Source of the DNA: Owenia fusiformis
Taxonomy: Eukaryota
DNA: 64,000 nucleotides
Direction of reading: 5' to 3'
Assembly: GCA_903813345.2 (NCBI GenBank)
Contig: CAIIXF020000001.1
Location: forward strand, 28,272,001-28,336,000
Every line of letters begins with the position of its first letter. Positions within the stretch are counted from its first letter, which is position 1. Below are positions 42,907-54,500 of the stretch, piece after piece. The position numbers and the translations under genes were made by a program. The notes beneath the pieces were generated by a model. The model was not told the DNA's origin and searched no databases. It saw only the letters and a list, made by a program, of their open reading frames with translations.

Positions 42907-44391
42907 ACTAGAAAAACAGCAACTCCACGGAGTAGCAAATCCCACCGAACAAAACATGTTTTGATAAAAAAAATTGAGCCAAATTCATTCACTGGTATTT
43001 GAATTATCAAAGATTATGTCTTTATGAAACATGGTTACCATTTTGAAATTCAGCTGTCATCTTTAGATTTCTTCTTTAGCAGAGAATGTCCTTCCAATGG
43101 TATCTGGGTTATCAAAGATTACTTTTTTTAATGAAAAATGGCAGCCATTTTGAAATTCAGCTATGGCCTTTGAAATTTCTTCTGAAGCAGATCTCCTTTT
43201 TCCCTAAACATCAGCATATAAAATTGGAACCAAATACATCCATCCACTAGTATTTGAGTTATCATTACTTACGTTTTTTTACGAAAAATGGCGGCCATTT
43301 TGAAATTCAGTGGCCATCTTGAAAATTTATTTTTGAGCAGAACTTCTTTGTCTCTAGGCATCAGCATATAGAATTTGAACCAAATCCGTCAACTGGTATT
43401 TTTTGAGTTATCAAAGGTTACGTTCTTTTATGAAAAATGGCGGCCATTTTGAAATTTAGCTACCACCTTGAAAATCCTTTCTCAAGCAGAGCTGCTATGT
43501 CCCTTGGCATCATCATGTAAAATTTGAACCAAATCCATTCAATGGTAATTGAGCTATCAAAGATAATGTTTTTTTATGAAAAATGGCCGCCATTTTGAAA
43601 TTTAGCTGCCATCTTGAAAATCCTTTCTTGAGCAGAGCTCCTATGTCCCTAGGCATCAGCATCTAAAATTTAAACCAAATCCATTCAATGGTATTTGAGT
43701 TATCAAAGATAAAAAATTTTTACGAAAAATGGCCGCCATTTTGAAATTTAGCTGCCATCTTGAAAATCCTTTCTCGAGCAGAGCTCCTATGTCCCTAGGC
43801 ATCAGCATCTAAAATTTGAACCAAATCCATTCAATGGTCTTTTAGTTATCAAAGATAGCGTTTTTTTTACGAAAAATGGCCGCCATTTTGAAATTTGGTG
43901 GCCATCTTGAATATGTCTTCTTGAGCAGGGCTGCTTTGTACCAATGCAACAGCCTATAAAATTTGAACCAAATCCATCCACTAGTATTTGAGTTATTAAA
44001 GATTATATTTTTTCCGAAAAATGGCCGCCATTTTGAAATTTGGTGGCCATCTTGAAAATGTCTTCTTGAGCAAGGCTGCTTTGTACCAAGGCAAAAGCCT
44101 ATAAAATTTGAACCAAATCCATCCACTAGTATTTGAGTTATTAAAGATTATATTTTTTCCGAAAAATGGCCGCCATTTTGAATTAAGCGGCCATATTGAA
44201 AATTCCTTCTCGAGCAGAGGTCCTACACCCGTAAGGCATAAGCCCATAAAATTTGAATGAAATCCGTCAACCGGTATTTGAGTTATTGCCCGGACACACG
44301 AACGGACGGACGGACGGACGAACGGACGGACGAACGGACGGACGGACGGCTTTTCTATATCCCCCTCGAACTTCGTTCGGTGGGATAATAA
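42907..44391 (-). mobile_element. Non-autonomous Helitron/Helentron-associated (HINE) element carrying a ~146-bp satellite array
   Basis: 12-bp subterminal inverted repeat ATCCCACCGAAC / GTTCGGTGGGAT, (GGAC)n microsatellite at ~44300-44349, 3' hairpin GCTACTCCGTGGAGTTGC and CTAGT end, and about 9 tandem units of 145-150 bp in between. Confidence 0.85.
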
Positions 44392-44745
44392 AGAAGCAAG
44401 CTGATTAAGAAGGCCAAGTGGAATGGAGAAGGTAACTGACTAGGGTAGACTAAGTGGAATGAGGAAGCTAACTGATTAAGGTAGACCAAGTGGAATGAAA
44501 AAGCTAACTGATTAGGATCTGAGGATAGGCCAAGTGGAATGAAGAAGGTAACTGATACAGGTAGGCCAAGTGGAATGGAGAAGGTAACTGATTAAGGTAG
44601 ACTAAGTAAAATGAAAAAGCTAACTAGTTCGGGTTGACTATGTGAAAAGAAGAAGCTAGCTGATTAAGGCAGACCAAGTGGAGTGAAAAGGCTAACTGAT
44701 TAGGATAGGCCAAGTGGAATGAAGAAGCTTTTTTATTAAGGTAGA
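44392..44745. repeat. 36-bp minisatellite, ~9-10 copies, abutting the HINE element
   Basis: Consensus AAGCTAACTGATTAAGGTAGACCAAGTGGAATGAAG. Confidence 0.88.
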
Positions 44746-46827
44746 TACCTATATAGCTGAATAAATAGATGTCAGCACTTATTTTAGTTGTTTTGGTTGG
44801 GCCAGACTGCCATAGGGTTCAATGTTAAAAACATGCAATAGTCATTAATTTCATGATTTATCAAAATGTGTTTGATTAATCTGTTTAAAACTCGAAGAGC
44901 GATACATATTGTGATTAATCATAAAAAGTTTGGTTGTTGAACAAATAAATCAAGTTTAAAGAATTTTAACAGAGCATCAAGGTATAATTGTGAAAAAAAA
45001 TTCACTGAATTCAAATATGCTATTAATAAGAACGAAAAGTTCAGTCATTAGAGGTTTAATATGCAAATCTTTTAAATTCTCACAAATGAGAATTCAAAGC
45101 TATATATAGAAACTCCTCTATTGGAATAAAGAAGCTAGCTATCGGGTACTGTCGTGTGTGGGTTATAATACTGACAAATCGTTCAAAAGTCATTCCACCT
45201 TTTTTCTATGAAAACATGAAAAATCACTGCATGCCAAATCAGTGTTTATATTAATCAATGCTTTATAAGTCTTCATTCTTGATTGCGCATTGTTTATGAA
45301 TGGTCTCATTAGTGTCAGGACCTATAACATAAAGCTTTAATCTGTTTATATCAATGACAGGGACCTCTTGATGAGCTATTCTAGGCTTAATTTTACTGCA
45401 TCATAAATAACCAGCAAGAAAGGACCCCATCATTCATATTTTTTTCTTTGCTCAGAATTATTTTGCAGTTTAGTTCTGAATGCATTATTGATAGAGTGTA
45501 GTTATATACTCTTGTACTTTTGATTCATAATATCTTCGGTAGAATTAGATAAGTAAAAATTATTTTTTCAACTGTTTTGACAGACAACCTGTCAGTAGGC
45601 TATCCTTAACAAAAGCTCTATTACAACTACATTACATAAGCGAGGATGTTTCTTTATATAGTAGTTAGAAAATTCCATTTTCTGCCTACTGTACTAGCTA
45701 GCATTACATTTAGAATTGTACTAAGATCTGTATTAAAATTGTAAAATCATGTATTAAAGACAGAGGTTATTGTGACCTATTGATGTATATTTCAGGTAAA
45801 ACTATTTATAAATGTCCACATATTGGACAAATTTGAGTGACACAGTGACAACAGATATGTTTTTGACAGCATTACATTAACTTATATTTTTTGACATCAA
45901 ATTTCAAATGGCGCAACACAACTATGACACCCTTCGGTCATGTCAGTGTGAAAATTGAAGAAGATATAATCTGTTAAAAGTAACGTAATGCACATATAAG
46001 AGTTACAATATGGAGAATTTTAATTATGTAATTCATGTCCTCAACCTAAATTACTCACATGTCTTGATGAGCTACAGTTTCAAAAGCCACCACCAGTCTT
46101 CTTCAGACTCCATTAAGACAAGTGTTGAAGACAAATGAATACATGATTAAGATGAACAATATCAACCATAAGAAGTTATTTTTTATTAGTATGTCGAATT
46201 GTTTATTCATTTGACTGACAGCCTGTAGGAACTCTATAATCTCTTTGGCTCCAGTAGCTGAGGTTCACTGTCTGTTGTTCCTTCCTGATGGGCATAAGGG
46301 CATCAATATGGCACATGGATACCTCATACATATATTATATGACATAACTTAAAATTATGTTTAGTTGTTCATTTACATGACTTTTCCTTGAATATTTTAT
46401 ATAGATCATTGGAAAGTTAATTGTTTTTTTTGTAATATTTTTTTTGTACATTATACATTTAGCAGTTTAGCAACCTTCAGTTAATTGTTAAAAAATGGAG
46501 ATATTTTGAAAGTCAGGATACATACTAGTTATTCTCACAATGAAACAAAGGGTTTACAGGTGAAATTCTTCATTAAGGCCCAGAATACCCATTGGTATTT
46601 TAAAAACTGGAAGCAAATTTCTGCAAAATACTCCAATCATTTGAATATGATTGATGCATGAAAGAATTATTTTCTCTTATTTAGAACACCCATAGGCATT
46701 TAACTCATTAGACTGAAAATTGCTGGATTAAAAAGTCAATCTATCTGTCTGTCTATGGTTTATTTATTTTGACATTTGTATGAAGTTCAATGTGCCTTTA
46801 AACTGAAACTAACATACCTAATGCTAA

Positions 46828-47640
46828 TAGATTGGATGCAAGTAGAAATAATCTTGATTTACATCATTTAGAATTAAAAATTCAGTCAAAGTGGTATCAA
46901 TATTTGAAATCTACATATAAAATTATATCTAGAAATGTGGTTTCAAAAATTGTTTATCAACTTTGAAAATTTAATTTTCTTTGAAAATGTGACTTCTAGG
47001 TCAGGTAGATTCCCCATAGACCCCATGTTATAAAATCACAAAAAGTGGAATATCTTTTCTTGTATTGGACAGATAACATTTAATTTTTGTAGATGTTTAT
47101 GTCATTGGCACAGGTGTTTACTAAGATATTTTCTTTATTCCTTTTGGAATAATGGAGTTTAATTTCTGAAGTGCATTGGACAAAAATTCCAAACTGAAAT
47201 TTGACAGATTTTTAATTTGGCGGATTTTCTGAATCCGCCAATCTGTCAAATTAAAACGGGAGCCAAATAGACTACATGCGAGTAGAAAGAATCTTGATTT
47301 ACGTCATTAATATTCAAAATTCAGTCAAAGCGGTCATATTTGAATTTTCATATTTGAAATCTGCATGTAAATGTACATCTAGAAATATGGTTTCGAAAAT
47401 TGTCTATCAACTTTGAAAATTTAATTTTTTGGAAAATGTGATTTCTTGTTCGGGTTGATTCCTCATAGACCCCATGTTAGAAAATCACAAAAAGTGAATT
47501 ATCTTTTCTTGTATTGGACAGATAACATTTTCTTTTACTGGACATATTTTAATTTGCATAACTATTAGATACATAAGGGTTATATGAAAATTGAACCACG
47601 CAAATAGATGTAATTTAAGTTAAAGGGAACTTTCTACTAT
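46828..47640 (+). repeat. Two local copies (from ~46828 and ~47267) of a dispersed repeat also present at ~16290-16636
   Basis: Shared blocks agtagaaa.aatcttgat, aaaattcagtcaa and catagaccccatgtta.aaaatcacaa.aagtg in all three copies; gggaactttctactata in two. Confidence 0.75.
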
Positions 47641-48879
47641 ACCCGCCATGCTATCTGACCCGAACGAGCCACCTGGTGGTGAATCTGGTAACTACCTACT
47701 CGCATCTGCGTTATTAAGTGTATCTACAGTATTCAGGTATGTTAGTCTCAGCTTAAAGTATTCTACCATCGTTGCTTGCATCAATGATGAATTAGTTATG
47801 CCCACTGGCTGAAATACCAACACAATCAGAAAAACTAAAAGATAAATTGCTGAATGATGCTTCTGCACATATTTGATATACCCTATATTTAATGTAATCC
47901 AGGGAATGCAATTTGGCAATGAGACAAATTCTGAAGTGTAAATACTTAAAAGTTGTTACAGGGTGTCCATTAAGTATCTTTACAGCTACAATATGAAGTC
48001 TGTATACAGTGTAAAGAGTCCACTTTATGGCCACCCAGTATATCTAAATACTTCTTTGTTATTTCCTAAACAATCCACTTATTGTCATACTTATTTTGGT
48101 TTTAAAATAGTTTTTAAAATATTGACAATTATCCTACTTGGAGCTGCCATATTGAATTCATGATTTCAAAATGGTGACAAATTAGAAAATATAAAATTCA
48201 CTAAAAATTTCTGTAGGACTGATTCAATTGCTCTGGTAGGCTTAACTCTAGAAAAATTAGCACATCATTAACTTCCATGGAAAATGGACATTCTTTCTCC
48301 ATATGCACATGTTCTTCTTAGTACAGTATCTGCCATTTATTTCAAGTAATGCTAAACTAAATGTGGCATGTCATTTTTAATTGAAAGTAGGTTATATTTG
48401 GCTTCCCTTTATGCACCAACTCCTTGAGAATAAATCTCTCCAGCTCTTGCTTCCCCTTGGAATATGTAAATAATGAAATATTACCACAACTGTATCAATT
48501 AATGACCAGAAAGCACAAAGGGCAACATTTTAAAAATGAAAAATTTCTTATTTTCACATTGTCTGCATGCTAATGGCATGAATGGGATTTTATTTGTTTA
48601 GAAAGAAGTGGCAGCTACTGACACTGTTAAGGTACATACAAATATAGGTCTACCATTATATTATTGATAGCTATGGTAATGTGCTCTTGGGCACATAAGA
48701 TGAGTCAGTCATGTCAGTATTTTATAAAAAATAAGACTCATCATCATAATATTAGATATGTCAGAATTTCTGAATATGAATGAAATGACATTTTTATTTA
48801 ATACCATTATAAATTTTGTTAATTTATGATTGCAGTATATTCTGTCATGTGTGATTCATTCTGATTCTTATGTTCATTC

Positions 48880-49020
48880 TGTTCTTACTCCTCAATTTTC
48901 ATCTTCATCTCCTTCATTTCTTCTTCCTCGTTCTCATCTCACTCCTTCTTGATCCTCATTTTCCTCTTTTTCTTTCTCTTCTCTTGTCATCTGCTTTTTC
49001 CTCCTCCCCTCTTTGTCTTA
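48880..49020. repeat. Pyrimidine-rich (CT) low-complexity tract
   Basis: ttcttcctcgttctcatctcactccttcttgatcctcattttcctctttttctttctctt... Confidence 0.75.
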
Positions 49021-50965
49021 CATATTGTGTTGATATTAATTTGGTGATTTAAGTTTGTTTTTCGGCAATTTAGCAATATCAGCAACTTTCTAATTTGGTG
49101 GATTTAAGTAGGCATAAACAAACCATGGACTAACTTTCAGATAGCCAATATCATAACAGAACATATCTGTAACAAAGAACACATATTATTTAGGCCATAT
49201 GTAAGCTCCCTCGGATTATCTGTTTTACAATAAGTTTTACTTCCAAGGATTTTTATGTCATTTCAATCTGCCAAATTAAAGCTGGTGCCATATCAAGAAA
49301 AAATACAGTCTGATATAGTATTTCAATGTGTATTGAATGATAGTTCTAGAAGTTCTATGACTTTTTTCGGAACATGGAATAATAAATAATAAAAGGATAA
49401 TCTGTTTTACAATTGTCAGATAACTTTTATTCCCAAGGCTTTTCATTTCATTTTAATCCAGTGTCAAATTAAACCTAGTGCTTTATTAAGAAATACTGTC
49501 TTAACTGCTTATAGTATTTCAATGTGAATTGAATGATAATTTCTATGAATTTTTAGGAACAAAAGCAACAAATAAATTGAAAAGATGAGAGAAACGTTTC
49601 ACTGCATGTAACAGCATGATGGAGACTAGTAGATCTGGCTTCTATTATCAAGTGGACAGACATAAGCACAGCTCATCATGATCTGCTTAGAACAACATAC
49701 AGACAAATACTAATGCACAGGAAACACCAGTAATCAATTTGCAATTGAAGATCTTTGTCTGATAAACAACCTCTTAGTCTGTCAGGTGTATGGTATCTCT
49801 AAGATCATACATAGCATATGGGATTTACCAATCTACTGTTATTTTTGTTTATTGGATGGAATTTTATTTCTCTAAATACACCTTGTAATGCATTAGCTCA
49901 TGTCTGATCAATTGCAACTTTTCACAGAAAATCCAATTTTAAGGATTCAACATACAGACATATGTAAAAGGTAGTTTTATTGAGTGATTGGAATTTGGGC
50001 AGATAATAAAACACATTTTCTGATATTATATATTCCTTTATAGTATAAGATAATTTCTTTGTACAAATTTAATTATGGTATGTAAATATTCAGAAACTTA
50101 TATTTGTATACTACATGATTTTTGTTCAAATAAACTGATATTGGATATTATAAGAAAAAAGTTGTTTCATTTTGTTGAGAGTGACAACAAATTGTTCAAT
50201 GAGCTCAACATGATAACAGGCACTGAAGTGTGAAAAAATGTGAGGAAAACAAATAACTGGATTTACAGTACCTATTGACTGATCCTGATTGAAGATGTAC
50301 AGTCTCTGATTCTGGCAGAGTCAGATCTGGATCTTCACTAAGAAGAAACATGCTCCAGGCCTTATAGTTGAATGTCTTCCAAAATCAATATAAAGGGAGA
50401 TGGATATACCCAACTGGAAGTTACAAGTCTGGAAAAACCAACTCCACAAATTTTTAGGCTATTTATTGCGTAAAACTCAATCCGAATAGATTCTCACTTT
50501 TTTCAATTCAATTTTTATATGAATCAAGCTGTGTCTGATTTCCCTTGGTTTGTTAAGAGAAAAGGGGTACTCTTCCAACTTTAAGCATCATGAATTGTTT
50601 TGTTAGAGTCATCAATCACCAATAAGCCAGATCAGTGGTAGATTGATAGATATGCAAGTTTTTCTCGGAAAAGTTTCTGCTCTGAAGATTACTCAGTCTT
50701 AAAGGAAGGAGGGAACATGTTGACTTTGAACACACTTAGCTTCATTCATGTCATAAGCAGCGTTAAAATTCTTGGATACATTATTGATCAGTCATAATTC
50801 TGGGCCATGCATTTCAAAGCTTCATTCACTTGTTTGCTCCAATATGAGCAGTTGTAAAAACTGTACTCCTTGGTACAATATTATAGAAATATATGTGACT
50901 GGCACTCAGCATCTGTGACAAATTGTTACACTATTTGAATGAGCATACCAGTTGGTGCCATTTTG

Positions 50966-51025
50966 TCATGTTATGCCTTGTTTTAATTTGTTTTATCATG
51001 TTATGCCTTGTTTTAATTTGTTTTA
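50966..51025. repeat. 30-bp tandem duplication
   Basis: TCATGTTATGCCTTGTTTTAATTTGTTTTA x2. Confidence 0.85.
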
Positions 51026-51549
51026 TTATGGTCCTATACCCAATACTGTGATCAGTGTTGCATAAAATGCTGTAATAAAACATGTAGAATATACAGCTGT
51101 ATGTTAAATAAATCAGTTTTTAATAATAACCAAGAGGGAACAGATTTTAAACTGACTGATGGAGGGCTAGGTGACTATGTTCCAAGTGAATTCTATATTA
51201 TATGGGATAAGTAACCATGGCAGCATTATACGCTTAAATGGAAATAATTAAACATCAAGAGACAATGTTCGGGTCAACATCACGGAAAGTAATATCTGAA
51301 TGCCCCTAATACTAATCATACATCAACACTTATGTATACTGAATTAGTCGCAAGTGAAGATATTGGATGCAGCATTAACTTTAGCTTGACAAGCAGATTC
51401 AATTATGGTAATGTGACCGGAACATTTAAATCATTTCTCCATGGATAAGCCTGGTCAAATCTAATATAGAGCTATGGCAGGAATATTCTCCACTCATTAC
51501 TTTATGCATTTTGAACATCAGATATGTATGCCATTGCCTTTTTATGATT

Positions 51550-54500
51550 CTTCACATGTCCAACCAATATTTTATTCATTTTTTCTTAATCTCCGATTCA
51601 GCCCTAGATTATCCCATTTTAAATAACGTAACAGCCTGTATTTTGCCCCATCAATAGACATGATAGAGTATAACATATATTTTCTGTAGTCGAAATATTA
51701 CAACATAAAAATCACTGACCTAGTAAAAACCCAAAGTTTTTAAAGGCAATAATTCACATACTTGGCAAACAATGTTTAGTAAGATGGTACTCAAAAATAA
51801 TTTCATACTTTTCAAAGACAGGTTCATATCATTCTATTGATGGTACAAGTTACAGGCCTGTGTTTTATCAATTTTAGATTATTCGAGGATCAGCATTGTC
51901 ACAAGATTTCACTTCAATATGCTAGACAATAATGAAGTTTTTCAGTTAAGTTTGCAAAATCCCAAGGTTTCTTCTGTGTGGGCACTAGTTACTTTTAAAT
52001 AAGTCAAAGTAACAAAATGGAGGACCTGCCTGTATTCGAATTTGTAAGACTTTTGTTTTGAAAGTCCTATATATTATACAAGTCAAGTTACAGATTGTAA
52101 TTTGCCTCTTTAGTCTAGTTTTAGAGACATGGTTGATAATTTGATTTTAAAGCCTACTAGACCTGGGGCCTAAAACTAGGTTTAAATCGAAAAAAACACG
52201 AAAATCTTACCCAACTCAAACTTAGGCAGTTCCTCCGATTTGTTACTTTGATGTTACATCAATGTAACTTCTAGTTGGAGAATGGTGCCATTGATAATGT
52301 TAATGAAATAAATCAAAATTAAATATTAGGATTGATTGCTCCATAAATTGACAAAGTTGGTGATCTTCCTTTGGTTAATATTCCAACTCTCAGTCATGTC
52401 AGTATTTGTATGAATGATTAAGGAAAACCATGAAGTTACTTTGTAACACAATTTATTGTATATTTTCTTTGACAATTTAAAAACTTTTAATACAAATAGT
52501 ACGGCAATTACAACCAAACTACATACAGACACAACAATGAACAGCCTGCTGTTTTCTCATCCCTACATGGATTTCTAGAACATCTCTCGGTCTCACTTCT
52601 CCAAGAGAGGGGACTGAACCTGCTGAACACATCATAGTAGGGTACACTGAGGCAGATGGACACAAAGTCCATGTGTTATACTCATGTAAACATGTACTTT
52701 AATTTTTGAGTTCAAACCAAATATATGACAAAATTGTATCATTTACAGAACGTACATTTACAGAACAAGTTAGTTTTGTCATTTATTTAGTCTATTGATG
52801 CTATGAATGAGATTGCTACGATGTGTCCACTTTGACGTGTCCATTATGATGTGTCCAGTAGGGTTCAACAATATATCGCATCTGGTGGGTCAAGGCTCGG
52901 GGGGTGGGAGGATGAGAGGCAAAGTGACACATCTTTCACATCCACAGATTTGAACACGTTAATTCATTGTAGAGTCAAATAGGATATTTGAATTTCTCCA
53001 TTGATTTTAGTAATACTGTCATACTTGTACAATTAGTAAGATCACAGATATCAATTATGAAGCTACACTGACTAGGTCTACATGCATGCACATACTGAGC
53101 AAACTGCATATATATGCACAATCAAGATCACATATTTCATTGAGCACTGCCTAGTTATGTCACGCTTGCACCCCCCTCCCCACCACCCACCAAGCCTCCA
53201 ATCATCAAGAGACCCACAGCCACAGACTGCTGTTGTGTGAGCTAGGCTCTCATGTAGACTGGTTCCAAATCGCACCAAAGGGGTTGTAAAATGACAGCTT
53301 TCTCAGATGTGAGGTGAGATTCAAAATTCTCCAACTTTCAAGATTTATCAAGAGCCCTACAAAGCACATCCTTGCAGAGCAGACATTCAAAATTTCTTCA
53401 AAAATTCATAAATATCAAGAAGCAGTTTGCATATTGCTTTTAATATGATACAAACCACTGATATGAACATATCAACATTGTGCACTTGGCTTTGAACTGT
53501 TACTTAACACTTGAAATTTTGGGTTGCTTGCTTTATCAAGGATTTGCTTTTTAGGACTTGCTCCAAAAATCTGTCTAAAACTCAACACAGACTTTTTCAT
53601 ACTGGACATAAAGCAATAAGAAACAGGAAGAATTATATAACAACTAGTCGAAGAGGATAATATTGGAATGCTCTAAAAGACTAGTTTAAAACAACAAACT
53701 CTTAATAATATGTACCCTAGGTTCAATCAGGCCTCGTTTATATTCAATTACAAAATTGAATATTTTCATTCCATTACCTTTGGTAAGTTTTAGCATAAAC
53801 ATCTAGGTTTAAAATTGCACCAGTGTATGACAAGATAAAATTGCACGGTCCATGTGTGTGTGGAAGTCTATGTACAAAAGACAAGAGTCTACCTATCTAG
53901 AGTGCAGTATTGAACACTTCAACCTCATGGTTGATAACTAGGCCTATAATTTGCTATATTGGCAATATTTGCATGCGTTTCACATGCTTGGGACTAAAAC
54001 TTCAGATCCTGTGTTTTCACGTACACAGATCTTTGGCACTGTTCAATGTCAGTACCACAATAGGCCCCTAGGGTACAGAATACAAATCGAACCTTAACTA
54101 CAACTATAATAGAGTCTTAACTATATATAATTATAATAATTCTCTAGAGGAAAAATCTTAAGTAGATGAAAATCATCGAGCTTCTGTAAACCAAACAATC
54201 ATAACTTGGCAGCTGTCTTAAAGGATTCAATTCTTTTATCAGCATTCTAGATACTTATTTACCATCAATAGTCTGCAATAAAGGGGGCGCTACTGGTGCC
54301 TAGCTAGAGTCACGCTGACCTTCTAGCCATCATGCAATAATTCAACTCACTTAATGATATCCCCAGAATTGCTCACACCAAAGGGGTGGGACTACCAATA
54401 GCAACAGCCCTTCATTATTGGGGGATGGGGTGGATCTGTTAATTAGAACAGCCGCCTCCACTTGAATCACTTTTACATGATCATTGAGAATACTGTAATT

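Noticed and set aside
43842-44247. ORFs of 94 and 83 aa
   Set aside because: Translations of the ~146-bp satellite; no Rep/helicase or transposase motifs.
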